Shown piece after piece: positions 56,283 to 64,000 of a stretch of 64,000 bases of DNA; position 1 is the stretch's first letter, and each line of letters starts with the position of its first letter. Made by a program: the position numbers and the translations under genes. Below the pieces are notes generated by a model. It was not told the DNA's origin and ran no database searches. It worked only from the letters and a program-made list of their open reading frames with translations. The stretch is from an uncultured Acidobacteriota bacterium (GTDB taxonomy: Bacteria; Acidobacteriota; Thermoanaerobaculia; UBA5066): assembly GCA_963779415.1 (NCBI GenBank), contig CAVZYA010000001.1:2080001-2144000 (forward strand), in the 5' to 3' direction.

Positions 56283-58394
56283 TCAGTTCGGTCCGAGCCA
56301 GAGGTGAACGCCGGCGAAGAGCTGAGCCGTCGGAGCCGGCTGGTACGAGTTCCCGTCCGGGTCCGGTTCGGTGAAGGCGATGTACTTCTTTCCCGTCAGG
56401 TTGAGAAGCGCGAGGGTGGCCTCCCCCCGATGCCAGCGTCCCTTCCAGCTATAAGAGGCCCTCGCATTCAGCAAGGTGTACCCCCCCGCCCAGGTCAGGT
56501 TGGAGGCGTCGACGTAGGAACGCGTCTGAAGCGGCACGCCGAGGCCGATGACCAGATTCGGGATCGGCGTCACCTGGAGGTTCAGATAGAGTTGGCTCTC
56601 CGGCGAGTTGGGCATGTAGACGTTCGAGTAAGTCCCGAAGAGGCTCTCGACGTACGTGTACTTGAAGTTCGAGTAGGTGTACGCCAGCTGGGCCAGGAAG
56701 ACCGGCGAAGGGGACCAGCCGACCTGTGTCTCGATCCCGTAGCGCCGGCTCGCGCCGAGGTTCCCGTAGAAGGTCTCGAGCGGCCGGCCCGGAACGCGGT
56801 ACCTCCCGAAGTCGTGCTCCGTGTCGAGGCGGAAGCCGGCCAGGTCCCACGACACGCTCCGCCAGAGGACGCCGCGCGCGCCGATCTCCCAGCCCTGCGA
56901 CGTCGCGGGGACGAGGTTCGTGTTGAAGCCGCCGAAGGCCGCCGGGTTGTTGGCCAGCTCCTCGGTCGCGGGGGGGATGAAGCCCTGTCCCCAGCTCGCA
57001 TAGAGTCCGAAGCTCGGGTTCGGGTTCCAGGTGACGCCCACCCTGCCGGTGGCCTTGTCGAAGTCCGCGTCACCGGACCGGTCGACGCCGCCGGCCATCA
57101 GGTTGTCCTGGAGCCGGTTGGTGTTCCGGTCCCACCGGACCCCGAGAACGGCTCCCCATTGCGGGCCGAAATCGACGCGGTCGAGAAGGTAGACGCCGAG
57201 ACCGCCCTGATGGATGGTCTGGTCGGAGACGACGAGAGCCCCCTCCTGGGCCCCGCCGAGATTGGGGCGCCTGGTGTCGTCGATCGACTGTCCGTCGATG
57301 TCCATCCCGACGCTGAGATGGTTCTTGATCGCGCCGCTCCCGAGGTTGATCGAGTACTGGACGAAGGCGCCCGGGGTGTCGTACAGGCGGTGCTGGACCG
57401 TCGAAGGGACCGACTCCGTAAATTGCGTATTGCGGTAGTAGAGGGAGAAGGCGACCTCCTGGTTCGCCCCGAGCACCGTCTGGCCGGTGAGGCCAATGGT
57501 CCCGCGACGGGTCTGCTGATATTCGTTGTACGTGAGAGAGTCAGGGTTGGCCATCCTCCGGTTCTCGATCACTTGCTGTTCGTTCAGGCCCTCGGCGTTC
57601 TCGTTGAAGAAACTGGTCCCGGCGACGATCGCCGTCAGGTGCGTCGAGGATCCGACGGCGAATCCGAATTTGCCGTAGAGATTCGTCGCGTAGTACGCCG
57701 CGTGATCGCGATAGGCGTTCCCCATCATCCGGGAGGCGGAGACCCGGTAGTTCATCGGCCCCGAGACGCCCCCCGTCTCGCCGAGGACCTTCCAGAAGGC
57801 GTCCGTGCCGACACTTCCCGCGACGTCGACGGGATCCTGATCGTGCTCCCCGTCGCGCGTGACGATGTTGATGACGCCGCCGGCGCCGCCGCCCCCCCAG
57901 AGGGCGGAGGTGGGCCCGCGGAAAACCTCGACGCGCTGGACCGTGGCCCAGTCGACGTCGTAGAGGTCCGGCGCGAAGCCGGTCGGGTCGTTGAGAGGGA
58001 GGCCGTCGAGAAGAACCTTGATTCCGCGGATTCCCCTCTCCGTCAAGAGGCCTTGCCCGCGGATGGAGAGATGCACCCGCTCGCCGTCGGCCTGGTTGTC
58101 GACCTTCACGCCCGGCACGAGCTTCAGAGCTTCGTCGGCCGCGATCGACTTCGTCATCGTCTTGTCAATCGTCTCGGCGCCGACGACGCTCGTCGCGCCG
58201 GGGTTCTCACGGAGGGGGATTTCCATCCGCGGAGCCGTGACCATGACCTCCGCGCTCGCGAGGGGAACGGCGGGCTGATCGGATGGCGTTTCGGAGGAGG
58301 TCTGGGAGAGTGCAGGCCTGCCGGCGACTCCGAGGAGCGCCATGGAGACGGCGCCTGCACGAAGTGTCCACGAGAGGACATTCAGATGATTCAC
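56283..58394 (-). CDS. TonB-dependent receptor
   Basis: Plug motifs VMVTAPR, SIRGQG, LLDGLPL, RVEVFRGPTSALWG..GGVINIVT, then beta-barrel and NLTGKKY. GTG 58394 has RBS AAAGGAG. Confidence 0.92.
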   Translation of the reverse strand: MNHLNVLSWTLRAGAVSMALLGVAGRPALSQTSSETPSDQPAVPLASAEVMVTAPRMEIPLRENPGATSVVGAETIDKTMTKSIAADEALKLVPGVKVDNQADGERVHLSIRGQGLLTERGIRGIKVLLDGLPLNDPTGFAPDLYDVDWATVQRVEVFRGPTSALWGGGGAGGVINIVTRDGEHDQDPVDVAGSVGTDAFWKVLGETGGVSGPMNYRVSASRMMGNAYRDHAAYYATNLYGKFGFAVGSSTHLTAIVAGTSFFNENAEGLNEQQVIENRRMANPDSLTYNEYQQTRRGTIGLTGQTVLGANQEVAFSLYYRNTQFTESVPSTVQHRLYDTPGAFVQYSINLGSGAIKNHLSVGMDIDGQSIDDTRRPNLGGAQEGALVVSDQTIHQGGLGVYLLDRVDFGPQWGAVLGVRWDRNTNRLQDNLMAGGVDRSGDADFDKATGRVGVTWNPNPSFGLYASWGQGFIPPATEELANNPAAFGGFNTNLVPATSQGWEIGARGVLWRSVSWDLAGFRLDTEHDFGRYRVPGRPLETFYGNLGASRRYGIETQVGWSPSPVFLAQLAYTYSNFKYTYVESLFGTYSNVYMPNSPESQLYLNLQVTPIPNLVIGLGVPLQTRSYVDASNLTWAGGYTLLNARASYSWKGRWHRGEATLALLNLTGKKYIAFTEPDPDGNSYQPAPTAQLFAGVHLWLGPN

Positions 58395-58491
58395 GTGTTC
58401 ACTCCTTTCCGGCCAGGTCCAAGACGGACCAAGCCGAAGGGCCCGGGTGAAGTTCGCTGAGATTCTTCGGGAGCGGGCGAACGCCCGGGTC

Positions 58492-59154
58492 TCATTCCCT
58501 CGCGGGAACGATCCCGGCGGGGACGCCCCGTGCGCCCAGGTGGAGATCACGTGCGCCGTCGACTCTTCCGCGCGCCGCGGCCACCAACCGTCCGGATTGA
58601 GCGTCCGCGCAGGGACGCCCCTGGGACGACCGCGGCAGGGCCGGTCTGTCGCTCCCCTGACGAGACTCGACCGTCACCGGTCCGGAGAGATCGCAGGCCG
58701 CCGAAGGGAGACAGTCGTCCGGAGCGATCCACAGCTCGCCATCCCGGTGAAGAAGCGGTGCCATGCCGAAGCAGGGAGAAACGGAGATGGAGAACGGCTC
58801 ACCCGGCTCGCCGTCGGTCTCCCGCCCCTCCCGGCCGTACCGGATCCGGAGCCGCGCCGCGGAGACCGCGATGCGCGGAACATCCCACTGGAAGGATCCG
58901 GCCTGCGGGTCGATCTGCGGCGTCAGGCGGATGGAGGCGGCATCCAGGCCGTCGACCGACAGGAGCAGTTCCATCTCCTCCACGTCTTCGGGCAAGGGCG
59001 ACCAGCGGATCTCCACGGACGTTCCCGAGACGAGGGTCTCGCCGGCTCGGGGGAAGAGGACTCGTCCCCCTTCGGACCCGCTCGCACGAAGCGGGAGCCT
59101 CCATAGGAGAGCCACGACGGCGAGTGAGACAAGACGGAGCCACGGCCACCGCAC
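58492..59154 (-). CDS. Hypothetical secreted protein (Ig-like N-terminal domain, low-complexity tail)
   Basis: Hydrophobic signal, then P..GETLVSG..VEIRW...EMELLLSVDG...FQWDVP...ARLRIRYG. Confidence 0.6.
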   Translation of the reverse strand: MRWPWLRLVSLAVVALLWRLPLRASGSEGGRVLFPRAGETLVSGTSVEIRWSPLPEDVEEMELLLSVDGLDAASIRLTPQIDPQAGSFQWDVPRIAVSAARLRIRYGREGRETDGEPGEPFSISVSPCFGMAPLLHRDGELWIAPDDCLPSAACDLSGPVTVESRQGSDRPALPRSSQGRPCADAQSGRLVAAARGRVDGARDLHLGARGVPAGIVPARE

Positions 59155-59390
59155 CGGCGGCCGACTGGAAAGCCCGAGCCCGGTGAATCGGCTCTTCAGG
59201 ATTCCCGTCCTTTCCCGAGATGAAGACGACCAGAATCCTATCAGGGCCGACCTTGATCCGCACGCCCCCGGCTCGGGGCCGGACCAGGGATAGGATCGCG
59301 GTGACGATGGCGCTTCGACGACGGAACCGGAAACCCCCGAGACGTGAGGCAGGCCCGGCTCCCGGCCATCGCGGCGGGCGTTCGGCGTAG

Positions 59391-60224
59391 ATGGAAGAAG
59401 CGTACCGGGCGCTCCTGAAGAACACGGACTGGCTGTACGTCGTCGTCTACCGGAACGGCGTCTTCTTCTGGGACCTCTGGTCGTTCCACCACGTCTGGAG
59501 CGGAATCGTCCTGATGGCCGCCATGATGCGCGCCCGGGTCCGCCGGCCGGTCGCCTGGCTCGTGGTCCTTCTGACCGGCTACGAGCTTCTCGAGTTGGTT
59601 CTCCTCGTGATGTCCATTCACACCTTCCAGCCCGAGATGCTCCTCGACAAGCTCTGCGACGTGATCGTGGGGTGCGCCGGTGGCGCCGTCGCGTGGTGGG
59701 GCCTTCCGGCGCTTCAGCGGGCCTCGGCCCGGAGAAACGGGGATCTCGTCGTGACCGCGACGGCGGGGGGCTTCGCGGCGGTGTCGATCGCGTTCGAGTG
59801 GGTCGGATTCTACGGGTACACCTACAACGTGGCGGAGCTGAACTCGCCCGGGATCAACTGGTGGGCGTTCACGTTCTGGGCTGCCGGCCTGACCGTGCTT
59901 CTGCTGGCGAACACCCTCCTCGGTCGCCGCGTCCCGAATCCGGCGATGCGCCTCCCGATCGTCATGGCCGGGTACGCGATCGGCCTTCTCGCCCTGGAGT
60001 ACGCCGGAGATGCCGTTCTCGGAATCCACGAGGCACGGAGCGCCCTCTACCCGCCGCTTCTCTTCGGCCTGATCCACGGGAGCGGCGCCCTGAGGATCTT
60101 CTATTGTGGCGCGGGCCTCGCGGCGATCCTGGGACAGGACCTGGTGGAGCGGCTGCTGGGAATTGGCGCCCGGGACGAGACGATTCGGGTGCCGTCATCC
60201 GTTTCGACCGTGACGTCTTCCTGA
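59391..60224 (+). CDS. Hypothetical integral membrane protein
   Basis: 277-aa ORF with about 7 hydrophobic segments; DLWSFHHVWSG...YELLE...D. Confidence 0.65.
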   Translation: MEEAYRALLKNTDWLYVVVYRNGVFFWDLWSFHHVWSGIVLMAAMMRARVRRPVAWLVVLLTGYELLELVLLVMSIHTFQPEMLLDKLCDVIVGCAGGAVAWWGLPALQRASARRNGDLVVTATAGGFAAVSIAFEWVGFYGYTYNVAELNSPGINWWAFTFWAAGLTVLLLANTLLGRRVPNPAMRLPIVMAGYAIGLLALEYAGDAVLGIHEARSALYPPLLFGLIHGSGALRIFYCGAGLAAILGQDLVERLLGIGARDETIRVPSSVSTVTSS

Positions 60225-60362
60225 CTGCGCGAGCGGGGGCGATGCTCCTCTCTCTGTCGGGGATTCCCATCGACTCCATGTGGAATAGGATCGGCACACG
60301 GACCCTGCTCCTGGCATCGTTTCCGCAAATCGGCCACATCTGACCGGCAGAAGGAGGGCACG

Positions 60363-61013
60363 ATGATTCTGATAGCCGCTCTTCCCGTCGTCCTCGCCAT
60401 GGCTCCACCGCAACAGCCCCCCAAGATCCAGAAGGCGATGCATGCCGTCGAGTGGACGGACCCGGCGGGCGACGTCCGTCCCGGCAACACGAGCGACGGA
60501 CCGCGTCCGGGCCTCGACGTCGTCAACCTCGCCCTGGCCAGCGACGGGACGAAGCTCACCATCACCGCGACCTTGAAGGGCCCGATGAGCGGCGACTTCG
60601 CCTCGGACGTCGTGCAGGTCTACATCGACACCGACAACGACCAAAAGACCGGGGCCGAGACGTTCTGGAGCAAGAAGCCCGGCTTCGAACTCCTCGCGAA
60701 GCTCTCGGCCTGCGTGAGCTACGAAAACGGCGGAAGCGCGTGCTCGGGAGCCCTGACGGGCGCGAAGGTGAAGGGCTACTACGCCGTGGCCACCCTCGCC
60801 CGGTTCAAGGCGGACCCCGTGAACCCCGAGAAAGTGGTCGGCGCCTTCGACGCCCCCGCCGTCCCCTTCCAGGGAGCCGTTCTCTCGGCGAGCCTCACCT
60901 ACAAGGACCTCGGCGTGAAACCCGGCCAGGCGATCCGGATTGTCGCGAGGGAGTCCGACGGCCCGTCCGACGAGTCGGCCGACTTCCCGGAGGTGATCCT
61001 GACGCTGAAGTGA
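60363..61013 (+). CDS. Hypothetical secreted protein (beta-sandwich, possibly DOMON/carbohydrate-binding-like)
   Basis: RBS AAGGAGG, signal peptide, DPAGD and YIDTDNDQKTG motifs. Confidence 0.65.
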   Translation: MILIAALPVVLAMAPPQQPPKIQKAMHAVEWTDPAGDVRPGNTSDGPRPGLDVVNLALASDGTKLTITATLKGPMSGDFASDVVQVYIDTDNDQKTGAETFWSKKPGFELLAKLSACVSYENGGSACSGALTGAKVKGYYAVATLARFKADPVNPEKVVGAFDAPAVPFQGAVLSASLTYKDLGVKPGQAIRIVARESDGPSDESADFPEVILTLK

Positions 61014-61119
61014 TCGCCCGACCGTCGCCGTCCTTGCGGAGCTACCTGGCCAAGAACGGGGTCAGGACCCGAAGAAGGCAGGATCCCGTTCTCGGCGATG
61101 TCGTCGTCCGACCTCGGCC

Positions 61120-62838
61120 TCAGTGCCGCCGCCAGTCCTCGGCCAGCGCCTGGAAGATCACGCACTTGTGCAGCCGCCCGAGCAGCCGGCGATCCGACGG
61201 GCCCGCGATCACCGGCAGCCAGTCGACTCCGCTGCGTGCGAAGACCAGGAAAGCGGCTCCCAGAGAAAGTTCGGGCGTGAGGAAGGGGTAGTCCCGACTC
61301 ACAAGGTCGCCTGCCCGCCGGTGGCCGGGTCTCTCTTCCTCCGCCAACGCCGTCGCGATGCTTTCGACCGGCAGGACTCCGACCACTCCACCGGCGTCGT
61401 CCACGACAAGCACCCTGGCCTCCCGGCACGTCCTCATCTTGTCGATCAGCGCGCTCAGGTCCGCCCCGGCGGCTATGGTTGGCGACTCGCTCTCAACGAA
61501 GTCGCGCACGGCCGCTCCGGCCAGTTTGCCCGCCAGCCGCTCCGTTTCCTTCGAGCGCAGCGATTGCGCGTAAATCGATTCGCTGTTGAGGTGGGTCCGT
61601 GAAACGTAGTACGCCATCACACAGCCGAGCATGAGCGGCAGCACGATCTCGTAGTCGAGCGTCATCTCGAAGATCATAAGGATCGACATGACCGGCGCCT
61701 GGGTCACGGCTGCCAGGAAGGCTCCCATCCCGATCACCGCGTAGGTGTCCGGCCCCGCCGTCACGCCCGGAAACATCGCATGGACGCCGGTCCCGAGTAG
61801 GAAACCAAGGGACGCGCCCACGAAGATGGTGGGGGTGAAAACCCCGCCTGTGGCCCCCGAGCCGGCGGTGGCCGCGGTCGCCACGACCTTGAAAACCAGC
61901 ACGGCGGCGACGACCTGCCACGCCAGGCGCGAGTGAAGAATCGCCGTGACCACACTATAGCCGTTGCCCCATATTTCCGGACGGACGGTGGAAAGAGCCC
62001 CGACGATCACACCGCCGAGCGCCAGCTTTGCAAACAGCGGCAGCCTCAGTCGCGAGAACCCTTTCTCGACCTCCGTGAGCACGAAAAGGAAGAGCGGCGC
62101 CGTGGCGCCACAGACGACGCCGAGGGCGAGATAAAAGAGCGTTTCCCATCCCGAGACGAAGCGTAACGGAGGGATTGCAAAGACCGGACCGAAACCGAAG
62201 AGCGTGCGCACCGTCGCTGAGGCGACCACCGAGGAGACGATCATCGGCCCGAGGCTTTCCATGGCTATCGAGCCGAGCACGATCTCGGCGACGAACAGGG
62301 CACCGGCGATCGGCGCGTTGTAGGCCGAGGCCAGGCCGGACGCGGCACCGCACGCCACCAGGAGTCTCATGCGCGATTCGCTGTGCGGCAGCAGCCGGCC
62401 CGTCACCGAGCCGACCAAAGCCGCCAGCTGCACCATCGAACCTTCGCGGCCGATGGAGCCGCCCGAGCCGATGGTCACGAGCGAGGAAGCGCTCTTGACC
62501 AGGCTCGTCCGTATACCGAGCACGCCGTCGCCGACGGCGACGGCTTCCATGTAATCGGTGGTCGTCCGCCCACGCACCAGATGAAGGCCCAGCTGCAGGA
62601 TCACCCCCGCCAGCAGCCCGCCGATCCCGGGGATGACCAGACGCTGCCACCAGAGCAGGGACTCGGCGGCCTCGACCAGGCCGGAGGTGTGCCCGGTGAA
62701 CAGCCACTCGACGCCGCGGATCGCCATCCGGAACGCCACCGTGACGAGGGCGCCCAACAGTCCGATCAACGCCGCAAGAGCCAGTGAGATGTGAATCTCT
62801 CGCAGGCGCGGACGGACGAACAGGCTCTCGTTTTTCAT
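61120..62838 (-). CDS. clcB: ClcB-like voltage-gated chloride channel with C-terminal CBS domains
   Basis: TTDYMEAV, GSGGSIGREG, YNAPIAG, GGVFTP, FEMTLDY, then a CBS pair. Confidence 0.88.
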   Translation of the reverse strand: MKNESLFVRPRLREIHISLALAALIGLLGALVTVAFRMAIRGVEWLFTGHTSGLVEAAESLLWWQRLVIPGIGGLLAGVILQLGLHLVRGRTTTDYMEAVAVGDGVLGIRTSLVKSASSLVTIGSGGSIGREGSMVQLAALVGSVTGRLLPHSESRMRLLVACGAASGLASAYNAPIAGALFVAEIVLGSIAMESLGPMIVSSVVASATVRTLFGFGPVFAIPPLRFVSGWETLFYLALGVVCGATAPLFLFVLTEVEKGFSRLRLPLFAKLALGGVIVGALSTVRPEIWGNGYSVVTAILHSRLAWQVVAAVLVFKVVATAATAGSGATGGVFTPTIFVGASLGFLLGTGVHAMFPGVTAGPDTYAVIGMGAFLAAVTQAPVMSILMIFEMTLDYEIVLPLMLGCVMAYYVSRTHLNSESIYAQSLRSKETERLAGKLAGAAVRDFVESESPTIAAGADLSALIDKMRTCREARVLVVDDAGGVVGVLPVESIATALAEEERPGHRRAGDLVSRDYPFLTPELSLGAAFLVFARSGVDWLPVIAGPSDRRLLGRLHKCVIFQALAEDWRRH

Positions 62839-63043
62839 CAGTCCTTACGGGCCCGTCCGTTCGCGAGCGGCGGCCCGGGTCTGCGGGATCGCGTTCATGG
62901 GCCGCGTCATAGCGCCAAGGGGCCAGCGGGCGCAAGAGAATCCTTCGGAGGCCTCGTGCTCCGGTCGGACGACGTCGCACCCTTCCGCGACCCTCCACCC
63001 CAGAGAACTCGCCGGCGCGAACCGCTATTATCCAGCCCTTCGC

Positions 63044-64000
63044 ATGCAGGTTCGGAACACGGCGCTCGGTATCCTCGGTTCCCGGTTGCGCGGGAGGCCG
63101 TTCTATGTCCGCTTCCAGGTCACACGACGCTGCAATTACCGCTGCCGGATGTGCGGTCAGGATCACGAGCGCGGTGATGAACTACAGACGAAGGAGATCG
63201 AGGTCGTCGCGAGGCGGCTCGCTGGAGTCGGTGCCCGTCATCTGGTGCTGACCGGCGGCGAGCCCTTCCTGCGGTCCGACCTGCCGGAGATCATCTCCAT
63301 TTTCCGGCGTCACGGGTTTTCGATCCGCGTACAGACCAACGGCGGCCCGCAGGTCGGGGAGGAAGTCTTCTCCCGCTGCGTCGAAGCCGGTCTTCGGGAC
63401 GTCAGCGTCTCCATCGATACCCTGGACCCCGCCCTGCAGGACGACATCTGCCAGGCCCGCGACGTCGGCAAGCATGCCTTGAGGACGCTGCTGATGGCTC
63501 GCCGATTTCTTCCAGACAGCTTGTCCCTCGCCAACATCGTCGCCTCGTCGTACAACTTCGACGAGCTACCGACCCTGGTGCGTCGCTTCCATGCGATCGG
63601 GGTATACACGTACATCACACCGGTGATGATCGGCACGGAGGAGAACGGCGACTATCGCTTCCGCGCCAATGGCGCCGGGTTCACGGTCCGCCACGGGAAC
63701 GACGCCCACCGCCTGTGTGTCATCGACGAGCTCATCGCCTTGCGGCGGGGCGGCTACAGCCTCACCAACTCGACGCGCCATCTTCGCGATTACCGGCACT
63801 ACCTCGAGACCGGAATCTGCACATGGCGTTGCGAAGCCGGGGCACTTGGCCTCGACGTCTTTCCCGACGGTGGGGTGAGCATCTGTAAGGAGAAGCCTCC
63901 GTTCGGAAATATCCTTGACCCCGCCTTCGTCAAGGCGTATGCCGGGGGCGCCTTCCGCAATCGGAATGAGCTCACGGCTGCCGGGTGCAGCGGCTGCTTC
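63044..64000 (+). CDS. Radical SAM protein with SPASM/twitch-like C-terminus (partial, runs off the edge)
   Basis: Manual translation: QVTRRCNYRCRMC, LVLTGGEPFLR, QTNG, SVSID, CEAG...PDGGVSIC...GNI...CSGCF. Confidence 0.9.
   Translation, partial: MQVRNTALGILGSRLRGRPFYVRFQVTRRCNYRCRMCGQDHERGDELQTKEIEVVARRLAGVGARHLVLTGGEPFLRSDLPEIISIFRRHGFSIRVQTNGGPQVGEEVFSRCVEAGLRDVSVSIDTLDPALQDDICQARDVGKHALRTLLMARRFLPDSLSLANIVASSYNFDELPTLVRRFHAIGVYTYITPVMIGTEENGDYRFRANGAGFTVRHGNDAHRLCVIDELIALRRGGYSLTNSTRHLRDYRHYLETGICTWRCEAGALGLDVFPDGGVSICKEKPPFGNILDPAFVKAYAGGAFRNRNELTAAGCSGCF

Noticed and set aside
59160-59390. Possible cobalamin or other riboswitch upstream of the TonB receptor operon
   Set aside because: No B12-box or other aptamer consensus recognised. 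Only divergent TAGGAT -10-like boxes are visible.
62845-62898. 17-codon in-frame uORF (MNAIPQTRAAARERTGP) upstream of clcB; possible fluoride riboswitch
   Set aside because: No recognisable riboswitch consensus or regulatory motif. It could be chance or a lost N-terminal extension.
45-63878. Many long Arg/Pro/Gly-rich ORFs in the track (e.g. 1360..3384, most of 3844..7239, 16272..18959, 50231..52996)
   Set aside because: These are antisense or off-frame shadows of real genes in very high-GC DNA and carry no family motifs.

Overview
This is a very GC-rich bacterial window. The gene repertoire (Hanks-type Ser/Thr kinase-TPR proteins, a carboxypeptidase-regulatory repeat protein, DUF1501/DUF1800, DUF5777, a TonB receptor) suggests Acidobacteriota, probably Thermoanaerobaculia-like (inference). 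In order it holds: the 5' part of mfd; a PliI-like lysozyme inhibitor; a 1401-aa beta-sandwich repeat protein; and a ~13.6 kb biosynthetic cluster of unknown product (HPr-kinase-like ATPase, two B12-binding radical SAM enzymes, four SAM methyltransferases, amidohydrolase, flavin-reductase-like protein, GT9, GT4, a pentapeptide-repeat/GT-A fusion, NTP_transf_5 nucleotidyltransferase). Next come a large secreted propeller protein, an MFS transporter, and a DUF2231/CxxxxCH-lipoprotein/DUF5777 operon with a cytochrome c gene nested antisense inside the lipoprotein's signal-peptide region. Then follow glycerate kinase, an FHA protein, MoeB, an M14 peptidase, two Ser/Thr kinases with partner genes, a GH36 and an IorAB-like molybdoenzyme. 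The last part has a qNor-Ric-Crp/Fnr NO-detoxification module with a palindromic operator, OmpA, an MBL hydrolase, a TonB receptor, ClcB and a partial radical SAM/SPASM gene. Three apparent single-base frameshifts suggest indel errors in the assembly. Two decayed gene remnants are visible. No rRNA, tRNA, CRISPR array or transposase was recognised. All family assignments are from motif recognition by eye, not database searches.
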